Below the pieces are notes generated by a model. It was given only the letters and a program-made list of their open reading frames with translations. It searched no databases and was not told where the DNA came from. Below are positions 1 through 10,897 of a stretch of DNA of 64,000 nucleotides, in pieces; position 1 is the stretch's first letter, and every line of letters starts with the position of its first letter. The stretch is from assembly GCF_038025025.1 (NCBI RefSeq), contig NW_027117344.1:2108001-2172000 (forward strand). Reading direction: 5' to 3'. The DNA is from Phyllosticta citribraziliensis (Eukaryota). Made by a program: the position numbers and the translations under genes.

Positions 1-1076
1 GGTTGTTAGTTACATTATCTATACAATTGCCGTAGCGCCTGGAGGCCGCGCAAGGCAAGGCGAGCAGCACGCGGTGGTTGGTCAGGTCGGTCGTGAGGTG
101 GCGGATGGGAGCAGAGTGCCGTCGCTGCAGCAGCGTTGGTTCGACCGGTGCAGCGCGTCGACGAGCCGTCTGTGATGTAGACGCGGTCCGGTCGAAGCCA
201 TGGAGAACAGAGCTGGAGCAAGAGGTTCTCTCGAGTACATGTACCGTATCGTATCGTAGGCGGGCCACGCCCCCTGTCGGCCATGGTCGCCGCGCTCTTC
301 CGCACACGCGCGCCCTGCCCGCGCTCTAGTGCCCGCCACCTCCATCACCCCAGCACCACCACTTCAGCGAACAGCGATCCGGTCCAGGACCAGGACCGAC
401 AAGCACCAAGACCAAGCCCACGACTGTCGACGACCTCAACTGTCGACGACCAGAACAGCGCACTTTCTCCTCCGTCGACTTCTTCCATCGTCAGCGCCGC
501 CGCCGACTCCCGTCAGTCACCCACGTCCACCGCAGTCGCTGCCCCGATACCTTACCCCGTGGCACAGGCGCAACGCACTAATCTCTCCCTGCGCCTTGGC
601 TGTGGCTGCCATTCCTGCGCGGCCTGGTGGTGGGAGCTTCCGCTTCCTCTTGTCGCCCGCGACCGTTGAGAGACATCTTTCCTCGCCCGACGCCCGATAG
701 TCTAATCCGCTGGCGCACCTCCACTCCGTCCGTCCGTCTTCTTACGACTTCACTACCACCACCACCACCCACTCTCCGACGCCCTCCAGCTCGCTCTCTT
801 CCCCTTCTCCTCTCTTCCCCCCATCCCTCCCTCCGGCCCACCGGCACACGTCGGCCTTTTTTCTCGCCCGTGGTCGACTTTCGCTCGTTCTGATTCCGTA
901 CCCGTCGCCTTAATTTCCTAATTCCCCTGGTGCTTGGACGTCGCGCCCGGCCTGGATACCTTCGCAACCACCTCACCTTCGTCCTGCCACCACTCTGGCC
1001 GTGATCCCCCAGCACTCCACGCCGACCTTCGAGGGGGGCAAAAAAGTTTCTCGTCCTTTTTCTTCACACGGCCATC

Positions 1077-3734
1077 ATGGCTCCTGCAACGCCGAGGCTC
1101 CGAATCCTGTCAGGTATGTCGCGTACCTCAGACTCCCGTCGTCCCGCCCTGACACCACTGGCCTCCGCTTGGGGCTCACGTCAACTTGGCTCCTTCAACC
1201 ACTTGCCACCTCGAGCCCTTGACTGACAATCGTTCTAGTTGGCGGCAATGCCGTCTCCGCCTTCCTGTCCTGGCGCCTCCAGGCCACAAACTCCTGCGAC
1301 GTGACGCTGGTATGGAAATCAGGCTTTGACCATGTGTCACAATACGGCATAACGATGAAGTACGTGCGCCTACAATCCACGGTTCGCCCCGTCGTACGGT
1401 AGTAGCTGACGGTAAACGCCTTCAGGTCCAAATTATATGGCACAGAACGTTTCAAGCCGCGCGCAGGTACGGATTGAACCTAAACAATGTTTCACTTGCA
1501 CGCGTCCATTCGCTAACCCTCGCTGCAGTTGTGCGATCCCCCGAAGACGCCGCCAATATCTCCAAAGCCCCGTTTGATTACGTCTTTCTCTGCGTCAAGG
1601 CCCTCCCCGACGTCTACGACATTGCCTCTGTCATCGAGCCCGTCGTTTCCCCGCAGCACACATGTATTCTCGTAAACACCACACACACCCTCGGCGTTGA
1701 AACGTATCTCGAGCAACGGTTCCCAACCAACGTCGTCCTGTCGCTCGTTTCTGGCGCCGAGTTGACCCAGGTCGGCTCGAGCGAGTTCGAGCATCAGGGC
1801 TCGACCGAAATCTGGGTTGGTCCGGCCAACAGAAACCCCTCGATCCCGCACTCGATTCAATCCGACATGGCAGATGCGCTGGCCATGACCTTGAGCTCGG
1901 GCCAGGTCGAATGCAAGGTTTCCCAAAATATCCGTCAGCAGCAGTATGAGAGAATGATAGGGTAAGAGATCCGCTGCCCCGTGCGCAATCGCCCACTGAC
2001 CGCAGGCCTAGAAACATTGCCTTCCACCCCGTTAGCGTTCTTTTTGAGACACCAAGCCACGCCGAACTCGTGGAAAAGGTGGGGGTTCGCCAACTGATTT
2101 CAGGGGTCATAGACGAGCTTTTGCAGATCGCTGCGGCTCAAGGCTGCACGTTCTCTCCCGAGTTCAAGGATGAGACTATCGAAGCCATGACGCGGCCTCA
2201 GGAGACCAACAGTATCATGTATCAAGACTATGCGGCGAAGCGACCCATGGAGGTGGAGACGTATCTTGGATCCCCTATGAAGCTAGCCCAGGAGGTCGAC
2301 CTTTCCGTTCCCCGGATCGAGACCTTATATGCGCTGCTTCACCACACCAACATCATCAACCAACAACGCCCTGTCGCTCCTCCAACTTCGCCCGGCGCTC
2401 AACATCCTCCCCGCATGTCATCTGCACCAATGCCTCGTGGTCCGGCAATGAACGGCATGAACGGAGGGCCAATGCCCATGAAAAACGGAATGCGTGGCCC
2501 CGGCAGCAGAGCGGCGTCAATGAGCAACGGCGTCCCTCCGCCGATGATGAGGAGAGGCCCTCCTCCCAATGGCATGCCCCCGAATGGCGTACCCCCGAAC
2601 GGAATGCCTTCGCGACCCCCCACTGGCAACGGTTACGGACCACCACAGCGACGAGGATCTCTGGACGGCGAAGGGCTTGAAGAGTTCAGCCACATCATGC
2701 TCTACGACACTGTTCCTGAAGATGGCGCCAGCGACATGCCCAATGGAATTCCTCCCCCTCCTGGAATGAACGGAATGGCCAATGGCGTGGCCAACGGCAT
2801 GGCCAATGGTGGATACGACGGAGCAGCCCACAATGACCTGGCCCTGAGGGAGAGGGAACTCGCGCTCAAGCAAAAGGAACTTGCCTTGATGCAGCGTGAG
2901 ATGCAGATGCGCAGTGGCGGCCCACGACGGATGCCTCCCCCGTCGCAAGTCGACTTTGACGAGCAAGATGAGGATTACTTTGATCCCATGGCTGCTCGAG
3001 GCCCCCCGACGATCGACCCTGACAACGTCGACATGATGAGCATCACGTCGCGTCGCACTCGCAAGGCACCTAGCGCACAGCAGCTGCGCCGGAATCCTGA
3101 GATGCCGCCCATGAATGGACGCGGTGGTCCCCGTGGATTTGGACGTCCTGGGTTCCCGAAGCGAACTAGCGCCAGGCTCATGGCCGACGTTCCGGGCGTG
3201 CACGATTCGATCATGAACAACGCGTTGCTGGGCTACTCTTCGGATCGGTACGGCAACGTTGACCGCGCCAACATGGGACAACAATCGAGGACCAACTCGC
3301 TCACTGCGGCCCGTCTGGATGAGATGCACGGCCCCGGGTCCTACGGTCCTTACCCACCTGGACGCAGAGCGAGCCAGTCACCTGGTAATCCCCTGAGCCC
3401 CAGCCGCGGACGGCCTTCTCCTCCCGGCGGTTACCCCCCATACGCTAACGGACTTCCCAACGGCAGGCCATCCCCGCCAGGCATGAGGCAACCAGTGCCT
3501 AGGCACCCGCCGGGCCATGGGAACGCGGTTGCGCCACAGCAGGTTGAGCAATATGCAGGGGTGAGCAACCCATACCCGCCCAAGAATGCTCCTCAAGTTC
3601 GCAGTCTGACTGGAAGTGCGAGCGCTAGCGCGGAGAGTGGAGATAGCGGCGCCAGCGCTCACGTAGATTCTGAACCGTCCGCGGCCAGCAGTCAAAGCAG
3701 CATTGGCCGGAACGCTCCGATTGGAGTGCGTTAA
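1077..3734 (+). CDS. Ketopantoate reductase (PanE/ApbA)-fold protein, Svl3/Pam1-like, with long Pro/Gly/Met/Asn/Arg-rich C-terminal tail; 5 exons
   Basis: ATG at 1077 (MAPATPRLRILS). Four GT..AG introns (donors at 1114, about 1360, about 1467 and 1962) join VGGNAVSAFLSWRLQATNSCDVTLVWKSG, FDYVFLCVKALPDVYD, ILVNTTHTLGVE and SIMYQDYAAKRPMEVETYLG. These motifs are typical of fungal ApbA-family proteins. Stop TAA at 3732-3734. Confidence 0.85.
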
Positions 3735-4380
3735 TCGGGGGATGGGAAAATCAAGCATGTTTAGTCGCTTCGTTTCTTCGACGACTTGCGGCATCCGACT
3801 TGGAGTGTTTGGCGCAATTCCTAATTGAGTGCGAATCAATTACTTCCGAGCTCCGGGCAGCGGCAGCACCTGCTGCGGCGGCGACTGCTCCGGGTCGCGT
3901 GTGCCAAACGGCGCGCGCTGTTTGGAGATGGGGTCGCGCGCCAGAGAGGGTGTTCGTCGTCGCAATGTCTCTGTCGGCGAGCTTCTTGATGCGGCACTTT
4001 GGCAAGATGTCTTAGCGCATGCAACACACGGATCCTTTGCCCCGGCGACGGACCTGGGTTTTTATTTTGTCTAATGATCTGGATAGAAGGGTGGGATGGG
4101 CCAAGGCTTTTTCAGCCTGCGCAGGGACACACGTTGCATTTCGCCTACCACGACGAGACATTTGTTTTTTGCCGTCGTCGTCGCAACAGGTACATAACGA
4201 CGAACGTCGGCATCGTCAAGTCTTCTCTTCTTCTTCATCCATGCCCGAGGAGAACAGTGTTTGAAAGGGTTCCAGGGAGCACCCGGCTAATCATTTCCTA
4301 CTGTCAACGGGTGCGCGGGAACCGAGGTGGACGGTTGCCTCGATTCTTTAACCATTTCCTTGTCCGACGTTCCTTTTGGC

Positions 4381-4398
4381 TTTTTTTTTTTTTTTTTT
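4381..4398. repeat. poly(T)18 tract
   Basis: Direct reading; lies downstream of the ApbA-fold gene. Confidence 0.9.
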
Positions 4399-5569
4399 CT
4401 TTCTTTGCAGCAGTATCTTTTTTCCTTGAGCACAAATTTGGTAGTGGGGTCGCGGGGGAAGGACGCGACGGGCAGCGACAGAGTATTGCTCCAATCAGCA
4501 GCAATGGCATGCACCTGGGCTCAGCAGAAGTGGACTGTGTGTGGTTTTGGTGCTTGTACGGTTACCGTCTGCTGAGGATCATGTACCCGGGTTCGGCGGG
4601 GTGTGGAGGAGATGAGCGTGGAGAGAGTGGAGAACGGGGAGGGTTGTATAGGATGGTAGGCTGACATAGATACAAACAAGGCGAAGATGGACACGCTGGC
4701 TCGAGTTTTTGTCGACGTGAGGGTGACAGGGAAGTGGAGTGAACAAAGCCCAGGCCCCTTGGGTGGGTGCTGTGAGAGTGCCGCCGTCCGGGTGATGGAG
4801 GTAAAAGTTCGGCAAGGAGTTCGCCGGAAGGGCCGCCAGACGAGTCAGGGAGCCCCCAGGCACCGCAGGGAGCCGTTGGAGCCCCAGAAGGGGAGCCCCA
4901 GGGAGCCGTATTTGCTGATGCCGACGAGGCTGACAGGTGCCAGACCAGGGTGTGGGCGTGGGCGACCTGGACGACGACAAAACCTGGATGCTGGCGGTGA
5001 AGAGGCAGCATTCCAGTTGAGCGCGGGGTCCATGGCTTGGTTTTCCCTCCCGTCCGGTCCTCCCCTCAACACCATCGTCACATCGTCGCCCTCCTCCGCC
5101 CACTCTGCTGCTCTCACGTCCGTCGCTCCCCAGGCCGGCGCCCTCATTACGTAGTGCTGCCCCGCCCAGCGCCCCGCCCAATGACAGTAATGCCACCCAG
5201 GCCCGCATAACAGCTTTTTCGCCAGCCTTGACGTCCCACGCGCCCAGCAGACTTCGGTCTGCCAAATCGCCGGCCCCTCCAGAAGCTCTCCAGCCCGAGT
5301 CTGCTCCCCAACCTTCCACGTCATTCCTCTTCCAGCCTCTCGTCCGGCCCTCGACCCTCGTCTCCGTCGCTTTGGTCGCTCTCGCCGTCCTGCTCCAGTT
5401 TGTGATACCGCGCCTCTTCCTCGACCAAGTCTCCCCCCCACCTGGCGAGCCCCAAGACCTCCTTCTGACGACTGAGGCCGCCCTGCTCCATAAAACCCCG
5501 CCATCCTGCTCCGCACCCTCACCCACCACCCACCACCACCACACCTTCAATACCCCCTTCACCCGCAGC

Positions 5570-7285
5570 ATGGCTCTAGCAGACGAAGCAAGGCGCGTCG
5601 CCGCCGAGTTCGACTTCACCCCCGATGAAGTCCGCAATTCCGTCAAGGAATTCATTCGTCAAATGGGTGCGACCCGATCCCATTCCTTCTGCCATGTGGT
5701 GTGATGTCATGCTAACCCGGGAACGCAGACGAGGGTCTCCAAAAGGACGGCACAGAACTCAGCCAGATCCCCACATACGTGACGGCTGTTCCCAATGGCA
5801 CGGAAAAGGTGAGGGTGATTGACATGCCCTGCATGCCCCGCCGCTAAAACATCCTCGCAGGGCCTCTACATGGCCGTCGACCTTGGCGGCACCAACTTCC
5901 GCGTCTGCTCCATCCAATTGCATGGCAACAGCACCTTTTCCCTGACCCAGTCCAAAGTCGCCATCCCGCGCGAGTTGATGGTCGCAAAGACGTCCAAGGA
6001 GCTCTTTTCCTTCCTGGCCAAGCAGATTGAGGCTTTCCTCAAGGAACACCACAGCAATCACTACCATGGCCACATTCGCAGGCGCAGGACCACCTCGCTT
6101 GAGGGCGGCTTCAAGGATGAGGAGATCTTCTCTCTCGGCTTCACCTTTTCCTTCCCTGTCCGCCAGATTGGTATCAACAAGGGTATCCTGATGCGCTGGA
6201 CCAAGGGATTCGACATTGCCGATGCTGTAGGCCAGGACGTTTGCGCGCTTCTCCAGAACGAGATTGACGCTCTCCACCTGCCTGTGCGTGTGGCCGCGCT
6301 GGTCAACGACACTGTGGGAACCCTCATGGCTCGCTCGTATACTTCTCCTGGCAAGACTGGCACGCTGCTTGGTGCCATCTTCGGCACTGGCACCAACGGT
6401 GCATACGTGGAGAAGCTGGACAAGGTGACCAAGCTCAAGGCCGACAATGAGGCTGTCTACGACCAGTCCACGGGCGAGATGATTGTCAACACGGAATGGG
6501 GTTCGTTTGACAATGGACTCAAGGTGCTGCCGAACACGCCCTACGACGCGGAGCTGGACAAGAACACGCCCAACCCAGGCATCCAAATGTTTGAGAAGCG
6601 TGTCTCGGGCATGTTTTTGGGAGAGATCCTGCGCCGGGCAGTCATTTCCCTCGTCAAGAACCCTGACGTGCCTCTCTTCAAGGACGAGAACAGCGCCACC
6701 AACGATGTACACAGCACGACCACGATTGACGCCACTTCGCCGCTTTGGAAGGAATGGGGCCTCGACACGTCGTTCCTCTCCATTACCGAAGCCGACGCCT
6801 CCCAAGGTCTCCGTGTCACGCGGCAGACGCTGGACCGCGACTACGGCATCAGCGCTGCCTCTGTCGAAGATGCCGAAGCCGTCAAGGTCATTGCTCGCGC
6901 CATAGGCAGGCGTGCTGCACGTCTGTCGGCCGTCCCCATCGCCGCCATCGTCCTCGCCACCGGCAAGCTCAACAACTCGTCTGCGTCCACGACCAGCGAC
7001 CACCCGGCGACAGCAGGCTCGGTGCCTCGCGGCAGCGGTCCCTCCGACGCAGGCAAGGACGACGTGTCCGAGGACGACGTCATCGACATTGGCGTCGACG
7101 GCTCGCTCGTCGAATTCTACCCCGGCTTCGAGGAGTACATCCGCGAGGCGCTGCGCGAAGTCCCCGAGATCGGCGCCGCCGGCGAGAAGCGCATCCGCAT
7201 TGGCATTGCCAAGGACGGCAGCGGTGTAGGTGCGGCGCTGATTGCGCTTGTGGCCGGCAAGGTCGCCGCAGATGCCGAAGAGTAG
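5570..7285 (+). CDS. GLK1: Glucokinase (hexokinase family, GlkA/Glk1 type); 3 exons
   Basis: ATG 5570 MALADEARRVAAEFDF. Introns 5667-5728 and 5809-5860. Hexokinase motifs QIPTYV, AVDLGGTNFRV, LGFTFSFP, WTKGF, VNDTVGT, IFGTGTNGAY, NTEWGSFD, FEKRVSGMFLGE and DGSGVGAA. Confidence 0.95.
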
Positions 7286-7928
7286 ATCGCATCTTGAGGC
7301 GCCGGATGGCCTCGCTTCGTTTTCTTTTCGATAAGCTACTTGTTGGTGTTGTGCGGTTTGTTGTTGGGCTTGAGAGAGACTGTCGAAAGACAGTGTGAGA
7401 TGGGTTGGAGTGGGCGATCTTTTCTTTCTCTTATACACAATTATGACGCAGCCGAGAGAGAAGATGATGGATGAAGGTTCGGGAAAGAGCACGAAGGCTT
7501 GGGCACGGTAGATATGGGCGGTCATTTGTCTACTTCTTCGTAGCATATCATATATCACATTATTAAGCTCCTAGCTGTTTCCCAGTGGATGAGTTTTGAA
7601 ATGCATCTATGAAGACAGAGGCTGAACCCCTTTCTCTATACCATTCTCTGCCGCTCTTATTCACTGGCAGCCTGGGACGTAGCAGCCATGTTAAAAATAT
7701 GTGACAGGGGATGAAAAGTCAGGTAAGAACTCGTTATGGACGAGTAAAAGCAGCTGTTGATATAGACAATTCGCTGTTTTCCCAGCTTTGGCGGCGATAC
7801 TGATCGGTCTAGATGATTGGTATGAATACATTCGCGTCCGCAATCTCACGCATCCAGGTACAGTAGCACCTTAGAGTGATCAACTTTTGCCAGCCACGAC
7901 AGGCCCAAGTCTCCTTGCTGCCTCAGAT

Positions 7929-8788
7929 TCACCTGACGGTCTTCTCCACAAATTCCTTCTCCAGACGGCCCACCTCCTTCTTAAACGCATCGACCTCCCT
8001 CCAGCAATCCAACGGACGGCGGTCGTTGATCCGCAAACACTGGACGACATTCGCCTTTGCCTTTTCGACGCCCGGGTCGGCGGCCTCGACGCGCTTGCGC
8101 GACTCGAGCTTGGCGCGCAGCTCGTCAATCTGCTTCTGGACCAGGCCGCGGCTCATGTCGCGCTGGCGCTGCTTCTCGGCCAGCGCGTCGGCGCTGCTCA
8201 GGCTGTCGGCGATCTTGTCCGTCAGCGTGTCGTGCTGGTCGTTCTTGTCCGAGGCGGTGGCTTCCGAGGCCAGCGTGGTTTGCAGTTGCGAGAGGCGCTG
8301 CGCTTCGAGGGCGCGCAGCTTTTCGAGCTCCGCTGACAGGCGCTCTTGTACTTGGCGCTCGAGGGCCAGGGCGCGCGTTGTGTCGGTCTGTTTTGGGTTT
8401 GCGCGGGTTAGAGCAGGCTCTCGTTTGGGTCCAATTGTCTTGTCCATCCTCTTGCTTTCTCTTCCCCCTTGTTTATGCTTTCCCCGCTTTCCAACTGCTG
8501 CTGCTGTGGTCATGGTGTGGACCGGCAGGTGCGGGATAGGATTTCTGAATTACGCGGGCGATGGCGAGCCATTGGCACGCAAGCGACGTACCTGCGGACT
8601 GTTCTGGAGCGAGTCGGTCAAGTGCGAGGAGAGGTGGACGGGTGCTCTGGCGTAGAGGTCAGCCTGCGGTCAACTTTTTTGCTCTTTGGCGAGCCAGGAT
8701 CCATTGTCTGGGGGAGAGAAGGGAAGAAGACGCACGCGTTGAAGACATGGGCCTTGTCCGCCTCGGGTTTCGAGTTGCCCGCGCCCAT
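7929..8788 (-). CDS. MIC19: MICOS complex subunit Mic19 (DUF1690, C-terminal CX9C); 3 exons
   Basis: Starts MGAGNSKPE (N-myristoylation-type MGxxxS). Introns 8735-8647 and 8591-8388. Coiled-coil middle; C-terminus VVQCLRINDRRPLDCWREVDAFKKEV. Confidence 0.88.
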
Positions 8789-9014
8789 GACTGTAGATGC
8801 GCGGAGGAGGGGAGAGGGGGAGGTGGAGGGGTGAAGGTGGGTTTGCGGATTGCCTTGTGCAAGTGGTTGACGTCGATTGCAGAGCACCGCGAGGTGTTTG
8901 GCCGGACCGGAGCTGTCACGTGCGCGCCTGCAGCTTGCTTGAAGCTCCAACAGCTCGCATCTTCAACATTCTCCTTTAGCACAACTACGACTCTGGCCGC
9001 CGCGGCGCAGTGTG

Positions 9015-9965
9015 ATGCTGCAGACGTCAATTTCTGCCTGGCTCCAGAAGCCCAAGACCGTCTGCGAGCCCGCACAAGAAGCCGTTCAACTCGAGCCGCG
9101 GCAAAAGAAACGCAAGCCAGACGACGATGCCAGTACCTCTAGAGTCAACAACAAATCGCAGCCGGAAGAGCAAAAGGCCCTTTGCTCTCAAATATCACGA
9201 CCGAAAGAGCCCAAGTTGAACGACTCCAAAGCCAGCGCGAAAACTTGCTTGCAACACTTTACAACAAAGTCCATTCTGCGTCCTCTGCCACCCAACGTCG
9301 ACATTGCGCACCTAGACGCGTCGACTCTGCACTCGTTCCGCCGCCTCAACTCGCTCCTACTCGAGGTATCCTACCCGACCAAGTTCTACGACGAGACGCT
9401 GTCCGACCCCGTCGTCCACGGCCTCTCGCTCGCCGCCTTCTGGCGCGACGACGTCAGCAGCAAGCGCACCTCAACCTCGACCACGAACAAAAGCGCTGCC
9501 GCCGCCGCCCCTCCCCGCAAGCCCATCCTCGTCGCCGGCATCCGCTGCCGCGTTCTGGAACCCTCGTCCCTCCCGCTGCCCTCGTCTGCCGGCAGCGGTG
9601 GCAACACGACGCTGTCGTCCTCGCGGGGCCCCATCCTGTATATTGCGACGCTGGCGACGCTCTCGCCATACCGCGGGCTCGGCCTGGCAGCGCACCTGCT
9701 GGCGCGCGTGACGGCGACGGCGGCGCGCGAGCACGGCGTCCAGGCCGTCGTGGCTCACGTGTGGGAGCGCAATGACGAGGGGCTGGCGTGGTATCGCGCG
9801 CGCGGCTTCGAGGTGCTAGGGAAAGAGGAGGAATACTATCGCCGTTTGAGGCCCAGCGGCGCGTTGGTTGTGAGGAGGAGGATTGGCGTGGCGGATTTGT
9901 TGGGCGAGGAAGGGCGATGTGGAGAGGACGTGGCTGAAAGGCATGAGATGGATGCTGTCGAGTGA
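9015..9965 (+). CDS. GNAT-family N-acetyltransferase, Naa50/Nat5-like
   Basis: Single-exon ORF with RRLNSLLLEVSYPTKFYDE, LYIATLATLSPYRGLGLA (acetyl-CoA motif A), AHVWERNDEGLAWYRARGF and EEYYRRL. Confidence 0.85.
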   Translation: MLQTSISAWLQKPKTVCEPAQEAVQLEPRQKKRKPDDDASTSRVNNKSQPEEQKALCSQISRPKEPKLNDSKASAKTCLQHFTTKSILRPLPPNVDIAHLDASTLHSFRRLNSLLLEVSYPTKFYDETLSDPVVHGLSLAAFWRDDVSSKRTSTSTTNKSAAAAAPPRKPILVAGIRCRVLEPSSLPLPSSAGSGGNTTLSSSRGPILYIATLATLSPYRGLGLAAHLLARVTATAAREHGVQAVVAHVWERNDEGLAWYRARGFEVLGKEEEYYRRLRPSGALVVRRRIGVADLLGEEGRCGEDVAERHEMDAVE

Positions 9966-10810
9966 GTATTTTGGAGAGACTTGCAGCCGGAGCCCAACGC
10001 ATCCCATCTGTCCGTACTTCTACGCCACCGAACAGGCCAGCTGTCTGTGGTCAAGGGCCTGAAGCTCTCGAGAAACGCGGACAATGCCACCACGCCACGC
10101 ATCGCGGGATGAATCGCCCAGGCGAGCGGCAATGTCACAGCATGGCCACATATCTCCAGTCCCTGAGATGGCCCAGCAGCTTTGGAGGGACAAGGCTCAT
10201 CCACGCATCGGATCCAAACCGCGAATGTCGAGTCGGGCTGGAATATGCCCAGATGAGACGCGAATCTGTGGACTCGACGCTCATCTCATCCCACTGTATC
10301 GTTTGGCTACCCAGTCCACCACGAGTCTACGATTTGCAGGCATGCTACAGGATACCTACCTTCTGGTTCTCCGTCCCTTGACCCAACTCACGCGTTAAAC
10401 GTGGAATGTCCAGCGGTTCTTCTCCCTGCCTTTCCAAATGCATCCCCCGCGAGAGTCCAAGGGGACGGATATGGTGAACCGAAGCATACAGCCAGCATCG
10501 TGCAGTCACTCAACGCACGCAGCCGCGTACATGGACTGGCCGACACGCCGCATATCCTCAAATGCGGACCAAGATATCGCAGTCCTCATCCAAGCCTTCA
10601 GGAAACGCCCGGCGCAGAAATATCCCAACGGCCGCAAAGGCAGACGACCTCAACGCAACACAACCACGGAACATCAAGACCCTTCCCAGGCCCTGCCCTT
10701 CCAGTCCGTCCCTCGCCATGCCTCCCTCAACATGCCCAACCAACCTGCAAAACCAAGGGACCAAACGGAAAGCAAAAAGCAAAAAGAAGGGCAAAAACAG
10801 CTCCTGGAAT

Positions 10811-10897
10811 CAGATCGGCCAGGACTTGAACCTGGGACTTGGCGTGGATGCGAATGTTTGAACCAGCGACATGCGTTGCCAACTACGCCACCGATCC
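10811..10897 (-). tRNA. tRNA gene with about 15-nt intron; anticodon reads GGT (nominally Thr) but the arm is atypical, so isotype is uncertain and it may be a pseudogene
   Basis: Reverse complement folds as GGATCGG/CCGATCT acceptor stem, GCGT/ACGC D stem with AGTTGGCA loop (A box), TGTCG/CGCCA anticodon stem (one mismatch), and CCAGG-TTCAAGT-CCTGG T arm (B box). Discriminator is G. T5 runs follow about 15-35 nt downstream (Pol III terminator). Confidence 0.8.

Noticed and set aside
283..669. 128-aa ATG ORF upstream of the ApbA-fold gene
   Set aside because: Low-complexity C-rich leader sequence with no domain and no convincing splice to the main CDS. At most a uORF.
5759..7558. 599-aa minus-strand ORF; similar long antisense ORFs at 37527-38636, 62064-63227 and 2517-3329
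   Set aside because: Shadows of GC3-rich real genes on the opposite strand, with no recognisable domains.
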